DNA of 63,131 nt, the filler included, from an uncultured Myxococcia bacterium (GTDB taxonomy: Bacteria; CAZTWC01): NCBI GenBank assembly GCA_964617105.1. It is 3 parts of 3 records of this genome, joined end to end, with 100 filler letters (N's around TTAATTAATTAA, not from the genome) between each part and the next. Parts side by side here need not be neighbours in the genome. Positions count along the whole stretch, not along the records: positions 1 to 21,669 come from CAZTWC010000030.1; positions 21,770 to 43,430 come from CAZTWC010000031.1; 1 more part is not named here. One strand, written 5' to 3'. The first letter of the stretch is position 1, and each line of letters starts with the position of its first letter. The notes beneath the pieces are model-generated. The model did no database searches, was not told the DNA's origin, and worked only from the letters and a program-made list of their open reading frames with translations. Both the position numbers and the translations under genes were made by a program. Below, piece by piece: positions 17,655-28,043 of this stretch.

Positions 17655-18539
17655 TTACATCCCCCGGTCTCCGATGACATCGTCCATCCGGGTAAATATT
17701 TGCCGCAAAATCTCTCCGGCGTTGTTTTCGCTATCCAGAACAATAGGACGTCCAGTATCGGCTGAGGCAGCAGTTTCCGGCGAGATGGGGATGGCTCCTA
17801 AAAAGGGAATATTTTCCTCTTCAGCCAACTCTTTAACCCTATCTTTGGAGTACAACTCTATCTCTTTTTGGCAATGGGGACAGTGCAGATTACTCATATT
17901 CTCAATCAACCCCAGGATGGGCAACCCCACTTTACGGCAAAAAGTGATCGATTTACGCACCGCGTCTATCACCACATTCTGTGGAGAACCAACAATAACT
18001 GCCGGGCAACTCTTGCCTAATAATTGAGCTATGGTAAGGGGTTCGTCGCCAGTGCCGGGGGGACAATCCACAAAGAGATAATCCATATCGCCCCACTGAG
18101 TATCACGAATAAACTGCCGGATCACCCCCATTTTCATAGGTCCCCGCCATATTACTGCTGTGGCTTTGTTTTTTAGTAAAATCCCCATTGAAATAACCTT
18201 TAGACCCCAGGCGGTTTCCAGTGGATAGATGGTTGATTGAAAAGCTCTGGCCATTTTGCCGGTAAGTCCCAGCATGGCAGGCGTGGTTGGGCCATGGATA
18301 TCAATATCCATTAAACCGGCTGATTTACCTGCCATAGAAGCAGCAGTGGCCAAATTTACCGCAACCGTGGATTTTCCCACCCCTCCTTTGCCGCTCATAA
18401 CTATAACCTTATGTTTTATCTGGGACAATTGTTTTTCCAGGGTTTCCTGCTCACGTTTCTCGGTTTCAGAAATATTCCCATTCTCTTTCTTGACAGAGCT
18501 CTTTCCCTCTTTATGTTGAAACCCTTCTTTTTCCGCCAT
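17655..18539 (-). CDS. apbC: Mrp/NBP35/ApbC Fe-S cluster carrier ATPase
   Basis: SGKGGVGKST, WRGP, DCPPGTGDE, ENMS and CPHC motifs; AGGAG RBS before ATG 18539. Confidence 0.92.
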   Translation of the reverse strand: MAEKEGFQHKEGKSSVKKENGNISETEKREQETLEKQLSQIKHKVIVMSGKGGVGKSTVAVNLATAASMAGKSAGLMDIDIHGPTTPAMLGLTGKMARAFQSTIYPLETAWGLKVISMGILLKNKATAVIWRGPMKMGVIRQFIRDTQWGDMDYLFVDCPPGTGDEPLTIAQLLGKSCPAVIVGSPQNVVIDAVRKSITFCRKVGLPILGLIENMSNLHCPHCQKEIELYSKDRVKELAEEENIPFLGAIPISPETAASADTGRPIVLDSENNAGEILRQIFTRMDDVIGDRGM

Positions 18540-18863
18540 TTTTAAACTCCTTAAATAAGTCCTGAAATTAGAAATTAGCCCGAAAATCAAGGCAGTGGAT
18601 AACTGGCGAATCCCGAGATAATAACTAATTTTTGGTTATAAATAACCCACACAGTGATATATCTTTCTAACCTCTGACATAGGTGGTGATTACAGCGTAA
18701 AAATTATACCGTAAGGAGATATATCTTGCAATAAATTTTAGGTTTTAGTTTATATGCCCCAAGAAGGGTTATGCGGAAGGTTTACTGGTATTGGTAGAAA
18801 TTAATTAGTGGCCATTTTGGAATCAACTTGGTCGCTAAAATTGCCGGAGGTTAATACCATAAC

Positions 18864-19142
18864 CTAGTCTTCATTTAAGGCTTCTCTGAGTACCTGGCTG
18901 GGTTTGAAGGTTAAAACCCGTCGGGAAGAGATCTCTAGTTCCTCACCGGTTTGAGGGTTTCTACCTATTCGGGGGGTTTTATCGTGTAGATTGAAACTGC
19001 CAAAGCCAGATATTTTCAGGCTTTCACCGCTAGCCAATACTTCTTTTATAGATGTAAAAAATACTTCTACTAGTTCGGCTGATTCTGCTCTGGAAAAGCC
19101 AAAAGTCTCATAAATTTTTTCGATCAAATCCGCTTTGGTCAT
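18864..19142 (-). CDS. ihfA: Integration host factor subunit alpha
   Basis: MTKADL, KISGFG, GRNPQTGE and TFKPS motifs. Confidence 0.9.
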   Translation of the reverse strand: MTKADLIEKIYETFGFSRAESAELVEVFFTSIKEVLASGESLKISGFGSFNLHDKTPRIGRNPQTGEELEISSRRVLTFKPSQVLREALNED

Positions 19143-19440
19143 TTTATTGTTCCTATATCATTAAAAAAGGGAAAGCGCAGTATTTTTATAAGCGATTGAA
19201 TAAACTAATTATATCGCAGGAACAGATTCAATTGTCAAGCATTTTTAACAACTTTTTTCTCCGCATAATAAATGGTATATTTGATTCAGAGAAACCAACA
19301 AAATACTAAAACCTACATACTCTGTTAAAACTTAGAGCTCCCTTAATCTCACTCTAAAAATCCAGTTGCAACAAAACCACTAAAGTGTTATTATTATTAA
19401 TAAAGTAAAATATTGTTTAATCAAAAAGGCAAAACAGCAA

Positions 19441-20583
19441 ATGGCAGAAACGGAAAAAAATATTGAAAAACGTATTATGAGTCTCATCCGCGACTTGAGA
19501 GATGAAGATGACTTTATACGTTTCAGAGCCACAGAAATGTTGGGATGGATGGGTGCTGATGCGGTTGATTATTTAATCGATACAATGGATGACCGCAACG
19601 AAGATTTGTGCTGGTGGATTACCAAAGCCCTGGTAGAGTTGGGTGAAACTGTGGTTGAGCCGCTAATTAAAGCCTTGTGGAATAAAAACCCGGTAGTGCA
19701 GGAGAAAGTTGCCGATGCTCTGGGGCAGATAGGGGATCACCGTGCCATAGAACCCTTAAAGATTTTACTGGAAAGTAATAATGAACCTCTACGATTCAGA
19801 GCGGCAATATCACTGGGGATGATGGGTGAAGAGGATGCAATCCAACCACTAATCCAATCACTTGATGACCTGGATCTGTATATAAGAGAAAAGGCTTTGG
19901 ATGCCCTGGGTCAAATAGGTAAACCAGCAGTAACACCACTTTTGTCCTCTTTGAGCGACAATGACCCGGTGGTCAGAGAAAGTGTAGCGGATGCTCTGGG
20001 CAGAATCGGCGATAGAAGAGCAATAAAACCTTTAATAAATATGTTGGCAGATAGAGATAGATACGTTCGATTTAATGTTATCGAAGTGTTGGTCAGACTG
20101 GGAAGCAAATCTATCGACTATTTAATTGAAGCCCTTGAAGATAAAAACCCAAAAATTAAAGAACACTCTGCAGAGGCTATTGGTAAAATAGGTGACACCA
20201 GAGCAGTTACCTCTTTGTTTAAACTTTTAAACGACAGTGAAAAGCCGGTACGCCTGGCTGTTACTGGAGCCTTAGGACAATTAGGAGACAAAAGAGCAGT
20301 AGCCCCTTTGATCAATGCTTTAAAGGGCAATAACTGGCAAGTCAGATTTAATATAGTGGTGTCCCTGGGACAAATTGGTCATAACGATGCTGCTTTACCG
20401 CTTATAAAAATGCTCTCCGATAAAAACGATTATCTCCGGGAAATAGCTGCTGAAGCCCTGGGACAAATAAGGGATAAAAGTGCTATTAAACCTCTACAAG
20501 AGATGCTAAAAAGAGAGGACCAAAACGAATTTCTCAAAGAAAATATCTATCTTGCCCTGCAAAAAATAGAGCGTGGTGATTAA
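19441..20583 (+). CDS. HEAT-repeat (PBS lyase-like) protein
   Basis: About 11 repeats of VR..AA.ALG.IGD..A..PL. Confidence 0.9.
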   Translation: MAETEKNIEKRIMSLIRDLRDEDDFIRFRATEMLGWMGADAVDYLIDTMDDRNEDLCWWITKALVELGETVVEPLIKALWNKNPVVQEKVADALGQIGDHRAIEPLKILLESNNEPLRFRAAISLGMMGEEDAIQPLIQSLDDLDLYIREKALDALGQIGKPAVTPLLSSLSDNDPVVRESVADALGRIGDRRAIKPLINMLADRDRYVRFNVIEVLVRLGSKSIDYLIEALEDKNPKIKEHSAEAIGKIGDTRAVTSLFKLLNDSEKPVRLAVTGALGQLGDKRAVAPLINALKGNNWQVRFNIVVSLGQIGHNDAALPLIKMLSDKNDYLREIAAEALGQIRDKSAIKPLQEMLKREDQNEFLKENIYLALQKIERGD

Positions 20584-20729
20584 CTCTTTCTTGTCAACCT
20601 GGCATTAAAATGCAGGGAATTCTTTTCGTTCTTAAAAATTCCTTGAAAATAAATTAATTGGTCTATAGTCTATAACTATTCTTACGACTTACGCCCCTAT
20701 TAGGGAAAATATCAGCGAGGATCTTTATT

Positions 20730-21669
20730 ATGACTACCAATAAAACCCAATACGATCTGGTATACAGCCAACAGGATTTAGGCGAAGTATCATCGCCCAG
20801 GTATTACGATCTTACCCAGCATCTCGTTCCAGTGGCAGGTATGTTAAAACGGGAAGTATGGCCTTCTAAAATGTTCACCATCAAACTGGAATTGAAAGAA
20901 TTTGAGAAACATAATCCAGACCAACCGGTTTTCGATGCCTCTCAAGGAGATGGTGGCCTCAGTTTGGGCGGTATACCCCCCATTGAACTGGCTGAAGCCC
21001 TAAAAAAATTCCTGCCAGAACACCAATCCACTAAATATGGCGATCCGGTTGGACGCCAGGATGTCCGCTTAGCTATCTTTCAAAATTACTATGGTTTTGA
21101 TTCAAACTCAAACCTGAGCCCCGACAATATAATCATTGGTGACGGCGGCCGAGACTTGCTGCAAAAATGGTATCAACTGGTAATGCAAGATGAAAGTCGC
21201 TATGGCGATGATATCCTGGTTTCAGCTGCCCCCTGGGGCTCCTATCCCCAGGGGTCATATATCAATGGACTGAATATGATCATGGCACCCGGAGAGCCGG
21301 AAAATGCCTTTAAAATCAGCCGCCAGGCAATTATGGAAGCCATCCAGTATTCTGCTCGCCAGGATAGAAAAGTGGTAGGGGTTATCTTTACCAGTCCCGA
21401 TAATCCAACCGGCAATTATTCACAACCCGAGGAATTGATAGATCTGATTGAGTTTAGTGTTAAAAAAGGTATTAAACATGTTTTTGTAGACCTGATGTAC
21501 CAGTCGGTAACCGATTCTCAAGTGGGACGTTACGATTTGAACAATCTCTATCAAACTCTCACCAAAGAAGCGCAGCAAGCGGTTATTTTCATGGATGGTC
21601 TCACCAAGTCAGCCGGTGCTTCCAACCTGCGAAATGCTCACCTGGTGGTAGGCAATAATCTTTGGGTAA
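20730..21669 (+). CDS. PLP-dependent aminotransferase class I/II, truncated at contig end
   Basis: SPDNPTG, DLMY and DGLTKS..ASNLR (PLP lysine) motifs. Confidence 0.8.
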
Positions 21670-21769
21670 NNNNNNNNNNNNNNNNNNNNNNNNNNNNNNN
21701 NNNNNNNNNNNNNTTAATTAATTAANNNNNNNNNNNNNNNNNNNNNNNNNNNNNNNNNNNNNNNNNNNN
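21670..21769. other. Artificial contig-join spacer
   Basis: N44-TTAATTAATTAA-N44 (stop codons in all frames). Confidence 0.97.
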
Positions 21770-21771
21770 TC

Positions 21772-22602
21772 AACCACCGTTTTAAAAGCCACAGCGGCAT
21801 TGGTCAATTTGCTAAGTACTGCAGGGAGATGGATGCCGCCATCCAACCTGACACCGCCACTGTAACCGATCTGTTCAGCCAATCCTCCCAAAATCTGGCC
21901 TTTAAAAACTCGGATGAGGGCACATTGTCAAAAGAGGTTGAAAAAATCATTGTTAAAGGATTCAAACCATACCTGGAAATGCTGCTTAAAGGCCCAAAAG
22001 ACTCGGATGAAAAACAGTTTCACCAAGATCTGCTGGCCCAATTCGACCAATTTCGAATTTTGTCTCCTCACCGGCGCGGCCGGCTGGGGGTAAATGGTCT
22101 CAACCAACAAGTTGAAATACTGCTTGATCAGGCTTTGGATCAATTGGGAAAGAACAAATTATCACTGGGCATAAACCAGTTCTACATTGGTCGCCCCATT
22201 TTGATCCGCCAAAACGACTATGAACAAAATCTGTTTAATGGTGATGTGGGTATAGTTGTGGATTCAAAAATGGTGACGTCCAAACCGGGACATTCAAAAC
22301 GGGTGGTTTTTCCAGATCCAGTTCAGGGGGTGCGCTATATCTCTACCAGCAAGCTTCCTCCAAAACACCAGACCGTGTTTGCCATGACCATTCACAGTGC
22401 TCAAGGATCGGAATTTGGTCACGCTATGGTAGTATTGCCGAAAAAAATATCTCCGCTGATTACCAGAGAGATGATCTACACTGGAGTCACTCGTGGTAAA
22501 GAGAGAATGACCATGGTGGGAAACCAGAAAATCCTGGAAAAGGGGCTTGTGGCAAAAATTCAGCGGGCATCGGGGTTGAAACAACTGTTGTGGGAGTTAT
22601 AG
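21772..22602 (+). CDS. recD: RecD (exonuclease V alpha) C-terminal fragment, 5'-truncated
   Basis: In-frame NHRFKSHSGIG upstream of the ORF; GRPILIRQNDY, NGDVG, AMTIHSAQGSEF and YTGVTR motifs. Confidence 0.88.
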   Translation, partial: NHRFKSHSGIGQFAKYCREMDAAIQPDTATVTDLFSQSSQNLAFKNSDEGTLSKEVEKIIVKGFKPYLEMLLKGPKDSDEKQFHQDLLAQFDQFRILSPHRRGRLGVNGLNQQVEILLDQALDQLGKNKLSLGINQFYIGRPILIRQNDYEQNLFNGDVGIVVDSKMVTSKPGHSKRVVFPDPVQGVRYISTSKLPPKHQTVFAMTIHSAQGSEFGHAMVVLPKKISPLITREMIYTGVTRGKERMTMVGNQKILEKGLVAKIQRASGLKQLLWEL

Positions 22603-25170
22603 AACCTTCTCCAGCCGCACAGTGGGGATTAGAGGCAAACCATCTTCCAGTTTCAGCAGGGAGTTGACACTGCCCTGACTGAAGTGACCCGGCATAAAAA
22701 CTATCCCGGAATTGATCTTATCGTCCAACTCCACCTTAGCCTTTACCGCATTTTTTCGACTAGTTACATTCACGTTTTCACCCTCAACCAGTTGATACTT
22801 TTCTGCATCTTGAGGATTCAACAGGACTATATTTTCCCCCTCCACCTCCATGAGTGCCGGATTAGCGGTAGACATGGTGCCGGAATGGTGCAACAGATTG
22901 CCGCCCACCAAAAAGAGGGGATAGCGGGCGTGGGTTTTCTCTTTCAACGGCGCATTATCCATGGAAGCAAACTTCAATTCCGGCACCTCTGCCCTGAAAA
23001 CCTGCCCCAGGTCGATACTGTAGCCATTGGCCATCTCGGCTATCTCCAGCATCACTTCATCGGCGCTCTGATAGGAAAAATGGTTGCCCATCTTATCGGA
23101 CAACTCTTTGATAATCAACCAGTCTAGTTTGGCTTCGCCAGGAGATTTAACCGCAGCAGTTATTCTCTGCAGCCGGTGCTCCATATTGGTAAAAGTTCCG
23201 TTTTTCTCTGCCCACATGGCAGCCGGAAAAACCAGGTGAGCTTTATTAACCGTGTCGGTGAGCAACGCATCCTGCACCAGGAGAAACTCCAAACTATCCA
23301 AAGCCTTTTCCACTCTCTCACGATCCGGAAAATTGACCAGCGGATTTTCACCCATAATATAGAGGGCTTTGATTTCGCCATTGATAATCCCTTCTATAAT
23401 CTGCTCAGCATCAAAATTTTCTATCAGCGGAGCCACTTCGGTTTCCCATTTATCGATAAAAGGTTTTGGGTCGGTGCTGTACCCGGGCAGGTGACTGCCG
23501 CTTACGCCCATATCCAGCGCCCCCTGAACATTGCAGAACTCACGGGCAAAAATAACATTGGGCAAGCCGTTGGTAACTGCTCCAGCCACCATGGCCAAAT
23601 TCAAAACCGCTTTTAAGGTGTCTGCGCTTTTAGTGTTTTCGCTAATCCCTTTGGAAATTGCCAAAACCGGCATTTGGGCAGCACCGATTTGGTCCGCTAT
23701 TTGCTCAACAGTTTCAGCCGAAATACCGGTATCTTTTTCAATTTGTTTGGGGGTAAAGTCCTTGACTGATTTTTTTAACTCCTCGAAATTGCTGATTTTT
23801 TTCGCCTGGCTAAGATCGCACATTTTCTTATCTATAAGAAGTTTAATCAGCGCCTTGACCAACGGCAGAGTAGCACCGGGATTTATTAAAGGAGCCAGGC
23901 TGGAGAATTTGTTCAACTTGGTGACTCTGCTGTTGACCGTAATCAAATTACAACCATCTTTGTGCCTGGGATTGTAGAACAACTTGAGCGCCATAACCGG
24001 ACTGAAATCACTGAGTTCCGACTCAAACACCAGGTTCAGGTCTGATTGATCCAGCAACGTGAGGGGATGGGCTGCCTGGTTGACACCGCAGCACTCTTTC
24101 AAGGCTTCTTGCCATAAATTTTGACCATAGGCGGCCACTGAACCGATTTTGCCGCTAGGCACAGTGGAGCGGATAAATTTTTGCAAAAGATAGTTGTCTT
24201 CGTTGGTGCAGCGAGGAGAACCAATCGCAGCTATTGCTCCAGCACCATGATTATCAATAATTTTCTGGAAGTTATTGGCAGCCTCAGCATAGGCTGTTTT
24301 CCACTCGATTTTTTTCAATTCACCACTTTTAGGGTCTCGGCGCAGAGGTTGTTTCAAGCGATCTTTATGTTGAAATACCTGGTATCCGAAACGTCCTTTA
24401 CCGCAAAGGTTGCCATTATTGACTCCAGTGCCGATGGTTGAAGTTATCCGTTTTACCAGATTGTGTTCCTTCTCTAAATTGATACTGCAGCCCACACCGC
24501 AGTAACCGCAGGTGGAAGGCTTCTTGGTCAGCAACCAGGGACGGCTTTGATATTTAAAAGGTTTACTTAATAACGCCCCCACCGGACAGGTAGAGATACA
24601 CTGGCCGCAAAATTCGCAATCCAGCGGTTCTCCGTAAGACGGCTGCACTTCGGTTTCGTGGCTGCGGTTAACCAGACCAATGGCGCCAACACCTTGAACC
24701 TCTTCGCATATACGGACACACTTAGCACAGACAATGCAGCGATTGGAGTTACGTTCTACCAACGGGGCTCGACTGTCGGCGGGTTTTGCATGTCTCTCAT
24801 CCTTGATGCGCACATCCCAGGTGAGATATTTATGGACCATATCCTGAAAGTCACAGGCTCCGGCTGAATCACAAACCGGGCAATCCAAAGGATGTTTAAT
24901 AGATAGAACTTCGATTATAGTACCACGCAGACGGTTGATGGTTTCGTTTTCAGTAGTGACCTTCATGCCGTCATTAGCAGGGGTGGAGCAGGAGGCAATT
25001 AGCCGTGGGGCTCCTTCCACTTGCACCAGGCACATCCGGCAAGCCCCGTAAAGATGCAGACGGGGGTCGTGACAGAGAGTGGGGATATCGACGCCAGCCT
25101 TATTAGCCGCTTCCAGGATAGTTACTCCATCTTCTACTTCTACCTTGATGCCGTCAATGGTTACTTGCAT
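22597..25170 (-). CDS. NuoG/SfrA-like Fe-S oxidoreductase subunit (molybdopterin oxidoreductase fold, no Mo-ligand Cys)
   Basis: 2Fe-2S (PTLC, GACRMC), HPLDCPVCD, CIVCAKCVRIC, CEFCGQCISTCPVG and CGYCGVGC...LCGKGRFG motifs. Confidence 0.85.
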   Translation of the reverse strand: MQVTIDGIKVEVEDGVTILEAANKAGVDIPTLCHDPRLHLYGACRMCLVQVEGAPRLIASCSTPANDGMKVTTENETINRLRGTIIEVLSIKHPLDCPVCDSAGACDFQDMVHKYLTWDVRIKDERHAKPADSRAPLVERNSNRCIVCAKCVRICEEVQGVGAIGLVNRSHETEVQPSYGEPLDCEFCGQCISTCPVGALLSKPFKYQSRPWLLTKKPSTCGYCGVGCSINLEKEHNLVKRITSTIGTGVNNGNLCGKGRFGYQVFQHKDRLKQPLRRDPKSGELKKIEWKTAYAEAANNFQKIIDNHGAGAIAAIGSPRCTNEDNYLLQKFIRSTVPSGKIGSVAAYGQNLWQEALKECCGVNQAAHPLTLLDQSDLNLVFESELSDFSPVMALKLFYNPRHKDGCNLITVNSRVTKLNKFSSLAPLINPGATLPLVKALIKLLIDKKMCDLSQAKKISNFEELKKSVKDFTPKQIEKDTGISAETVEQIADQIGAAQMPVLAISKGISENTKSADTLKAVLNLAMVAGAVTNGLPNVIFAREFCNVQGALDMGVSGSHLPGYSTDPKPFIDKWETEVAPLIENFDAEQIIEGIINGEIKALYIMGENPLVNFPDRERVEKALDSLEFLLVQDALLTDTVNKAHLVFPAAMWAEKNGTFTNMEHRLQRITAAVKSPGEAKLDWLIIKELSDKMGNHFSYQSADEVMLEIAEMANGYSIDLGQVFRAEVPELKFASMDNAPLKEKTHARYPLFLVGGNLLHHSGTMSTANPALMEVEGENIVLLNPQDAEKYQLVEGENVNVTSRKNAVKAKVELDDKINSGIVFMPGHFSQGSVNSLLKLEDGLPLIPTVRLEKVL

Positions 25171-25350
25171 GGTTATTTTTCCTTACTTTAAGCCGATTGC
25201 TCCGGGTTACAAATAGGGTTGAACAATTTATTACAATTGACGGACTGGTAAAAAGGAGATTTTGCAACTTTTCACGAGATTGTCAAAATTAGTTGATACT
25301 ATCAAATGATCTTATTATGTCAAGTGAGTTTCGAGGATTTATAAGCGCCC

Positions 25351-27975
25351 TTACTTCTGACCAGCGTCACGTTGCATGAGTTTGATGGTCTGCATCAACA
25401 CTTCGGTGGTGATAGGTGTACCTTTGAGCATACTCTGGACATCATTGGCTTTGGAATCACTTATTTGTTTAGTAAAAATCTGGTAGGTAGAGATGCCAGC
25501 ATATAGGATGATGGGATACAGGCCACACCCCTGGCAAGCGAGAGGATCTTCTCTGAACATAGAACTCTGGTGAAATACTTTTTTAAAATCGGTCTGGAGA
25601 AGATCAACACTCAACTGTTGTTCCCACAACTCTACAGCATTTTCAGGAGACTCTTTGATCAAATCCGGTTCAGTGGCGAACTGGGACAGGATTACATATT
25701 CACCGATATTATGCATTAAACCTATAGCCTGCGCCAGGTAGGGGAGAGCATCTTCTTCCGGGTCACGCTGCTTAATGCTTCTGGCCAAATAGAAACAGGA
25801 TTGGGCAATAAGAGAGGTCCTCTTGTTGTAATTTTTCATCATTTTACCCAATTCGGCATCAACTTTATAGAGCCGTTCGGTCTCATCAAAAACGGAAAAA
25901 TACATCTTCAGGTGTTCAATCCCAAATTTTCTCAAAATCTCCTCGAAGTTGAGCCCCTTTTCCAGCGACTCGAAGATCAAGGCTGCGGAAAACTTACATA
26001 TATAATAAAAAACAATGGGCACCTTGTTTATCACTGCAGCCAATTGAGGCGTGCTCTGATCGCCTTTCTCCATTATGTCCAGCACTTTGGAAAGTAATTT
26101 ATCCAAAATTTTAGGCTGCGACCATTCATAGAGCAGGTAGTCCTTGTCTTTGTTATCGTGCTCCATCATATCCATCAAAGAGGAGATATCAATATCTTGG
26201 GGTTTGGTGGTGGCCACACTTTTTCCATCTTTGGCGTCATCAACAATGGTTTGCATTCTGGCTTTGGGAAGTTGGGACATACAACTTTTCAGATATTGGT
26301 CCATAACTCCCAGCCGCCTGGCGAATTGCTTATCTTCACCAAACATAGGACCGTAACGGGAACTGAGCCTCAGAATGAAACCTTCCAACACTGGGGTGAG
26401 AACATTGTTGATGTCGATATTCAACTCCGCCAGCAGAGATACTGTATCAGAGGGGATATAGTTATATCCATGATCCAAACAGATACCGGCTCCGCTGATC
26501 AACAAATCGGCCAGGATTACTAACTTAAGGTAATTGGATTCAATCTCTGTTGATTTAGGCTGGTCATGATACTGCACCACTTCGATTACTTTTTCCTGAA
26601 AATCGATAGACTCCAGGTAATCAACTCCAAAATCAATATGAAAGGGATAGACAATAGCCTTAATGGCTTCGAGGTTATCTACTGCATCTTCAATTTCTTT
26701 CTTGTGGTCCAGGGCCTGTAAGATTATCACTTCACCGATATTGATGGTCAATCCACAGAGAAAGAGGAGATCGTAATTAATCCGCTGGGAATATTTCTCA
26801 GCCAAAGCCAGGGACAACTCTGCCACCGCCAGGCTTTTAAAAGAGGCGTCCTTGAGCATACTCTCTATTTGCGGATGCTGGGCGGTGTACAGACCACTCA
26901 ATACCATCAGGGAGATCATCTTTTTCAGATTCTGGATGCCCAGTTTTAATATCGCCTTATCAATAGAGGTAATCTTTTCTCCCCTGGAGTAATAGGTACT
27001 GTTGCTGACTTTGATCAGCAGGGTGGAAAAAGCCTGATCCTGCCTCACCGCCAAACTTAGTTTGTCAATGCGAATATCCGGGTCGTCCAACTGGCTCAAA
27101 AGCGGCAGGATCGATTCACTGCGGCAGTGGGGAGTAAAACTGGTACGTATTAAGTATTCCCTGAAAGGGAGAACAATTTCGGTTAAATCGCCAGGAAACA
27201 CATGCCGGGGGTCATCCAGGATCTGGGTCTCCTGATCCATGGCAGCCTTCTCATTCTCATCCTTGTCGAGATCCATCTCAAATACATAATCGCACTGGGT
27301 ACAGATTATCTCCTCTTTGGGGATCTTGGCCAGGCACTTAGGACACCTTTTTTTAACCACCCGTTTGGGAGCCTGAGCTCTTTTTCGCTCGTATTCCCGG
27401 AACAAATTATTGATGATAGAGGAGATCTCTACCGGGGTGAATGGCGCCACAATCACATCGTCCACGCCCAACTCTTTTTTCCCTTTTTCCGAAACTCCCT
27501 TGGTAGAAGCAAGTACGCCCAGCACCGGAAAAATATCTTTGGAAATGGAGGTTACATTTTTTAAGATAATCCCCCTGCCCTTTTCAATGATAAATTTGCG
27601 CCAGTGGAAGTTAAACAGTTTTTCGATGTCGATTTTTGAGTATTTGAAGGTTTCTTCCCTGTTAACTATCTCATCAGCGTGCTTGATCTCTATCCCTTTT
27701 TGCAACAAGTATTTTTTAAAGGAGCGCAGCATATCCTTATTGTCAATCATGGGGGAGATAATCTCACTGGCCGTGCGTCTTAAGTGCTCCTCCTCCACAA
27801 TCATCAGAGCCGGGGGGTCATCAGCGACAATACTCTGTACTCGGTCCAAATTTTGAATAATGGGAGTGTCGTATTTGTCTCTTAGTGCTTGCCGGATGGT
27901 TTCCGCCATAACCTGGTTGTAAAACCAAATTAATATAGTAATTTTGGGACAATCATCGAGGGATTTTTTCATCAT
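25351..27975 (-). CDS. Multi-domain signalling protein: degenerate receiver-like region, zinc ribbon, two HDOD domains
   Basis: CPKC..CTQC; DQAFSTLLIKVSNSTYY...ITSIDKAILKLG, GL..NIGE; second degenerate HDOD (GLMHNIGE). Confidence 0.7.
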   Translation of the reverse strand: MMKKSLDDCPKITILIWFYNQVMAETIRQALRDKYDTPIIQNLDRVQSIVADDPPALMIVEEEHLRRTASEIISPMIDNKDMLRSFKKYLLQKGIEIKHADEIVNREETFKYSKIDIEKLFNFHWRKFIIEKGRGIILKNVTSISKDIFPVLGVLASTKGVSEKGKKELGVDDVIVAPFTPVEISSIINNLFREYERKRAQAPKRVVKKRCPKCLAKIPKEEIICTQCDYVFEMDLDKDENEKAAMDQETQILDDPRHVFPGDLTEIVLPFREYLIRTSFTPHCRSESILPLLSQLDDPDIRIDKLSLAVRQDQAFSTLLIKVSNSTYYSRGEKITSIDKAILKLGIQNLKKMISLMVLSGLYTAQHPQIESMLKDASFKSLAVAELSLALAEKYSQRINYDLLFLCGLTINIGEVIILQALDHKKEIEDAVDNLEAIKAIVYPFHIDFGVDYLESIDFQEKVIEVVQYHDQPKSTEIESNYLKLVILADLLISGAGICLDHGYNYIPSDTVSLLAELNIDINNVLTPVLEGFILRLSSRYGPMFGEDKQFARRLGVMDQYLKSCMSQLPKARMQTIVDDAKDGKSVATTKPQDIDISSLMDMMEHDNKDKDYLLYEWSQPKILDKLLSKVLDIMEKGDQSTPQLAAVINKVPIVFYYICKFSAALIFESLEKGLNFEEILRKFGIEHLKMYFSVFDETERLYKVDAELGKMMKNYNKRTSLIAQSCFYLARSIKQRDPEEDALPYLAQAIGLMHNIGEYVILSQFATEPDLIKESPENAVELWEQQLSVDLLQTDFKKVFHQSSMFREDPLACQGCGLYPIILYAGISTYQIFTKQISDSKANDVQSMLKGTPITTEVLMQTIKLMQRDAGQK

Positions 27976-28043
27976 TTTTTACTTTAGTTAATTTATTACC
28001 AAAAAAAACAAATATACTTAAACATAAATAACATTAATTTGAT

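Noticed and set aside
19441-20583. HEAT-repeat gene as a DNA repeat array or defence gene
   Set aside because: Repeats are at protein level only; this is a common family with no associated nuclease or NTPase.
21714-21725. TTAATTAATTAA palindrome as a biological site (also 43475-43486)
   Set aside because: Artificial six-frame-stop linker flanked by Ns.
22597-25170. Selenocysteine formate dehydrogenase
   Set aside because: No in-frame TGA and no Cys/Sec-His ligand motif.
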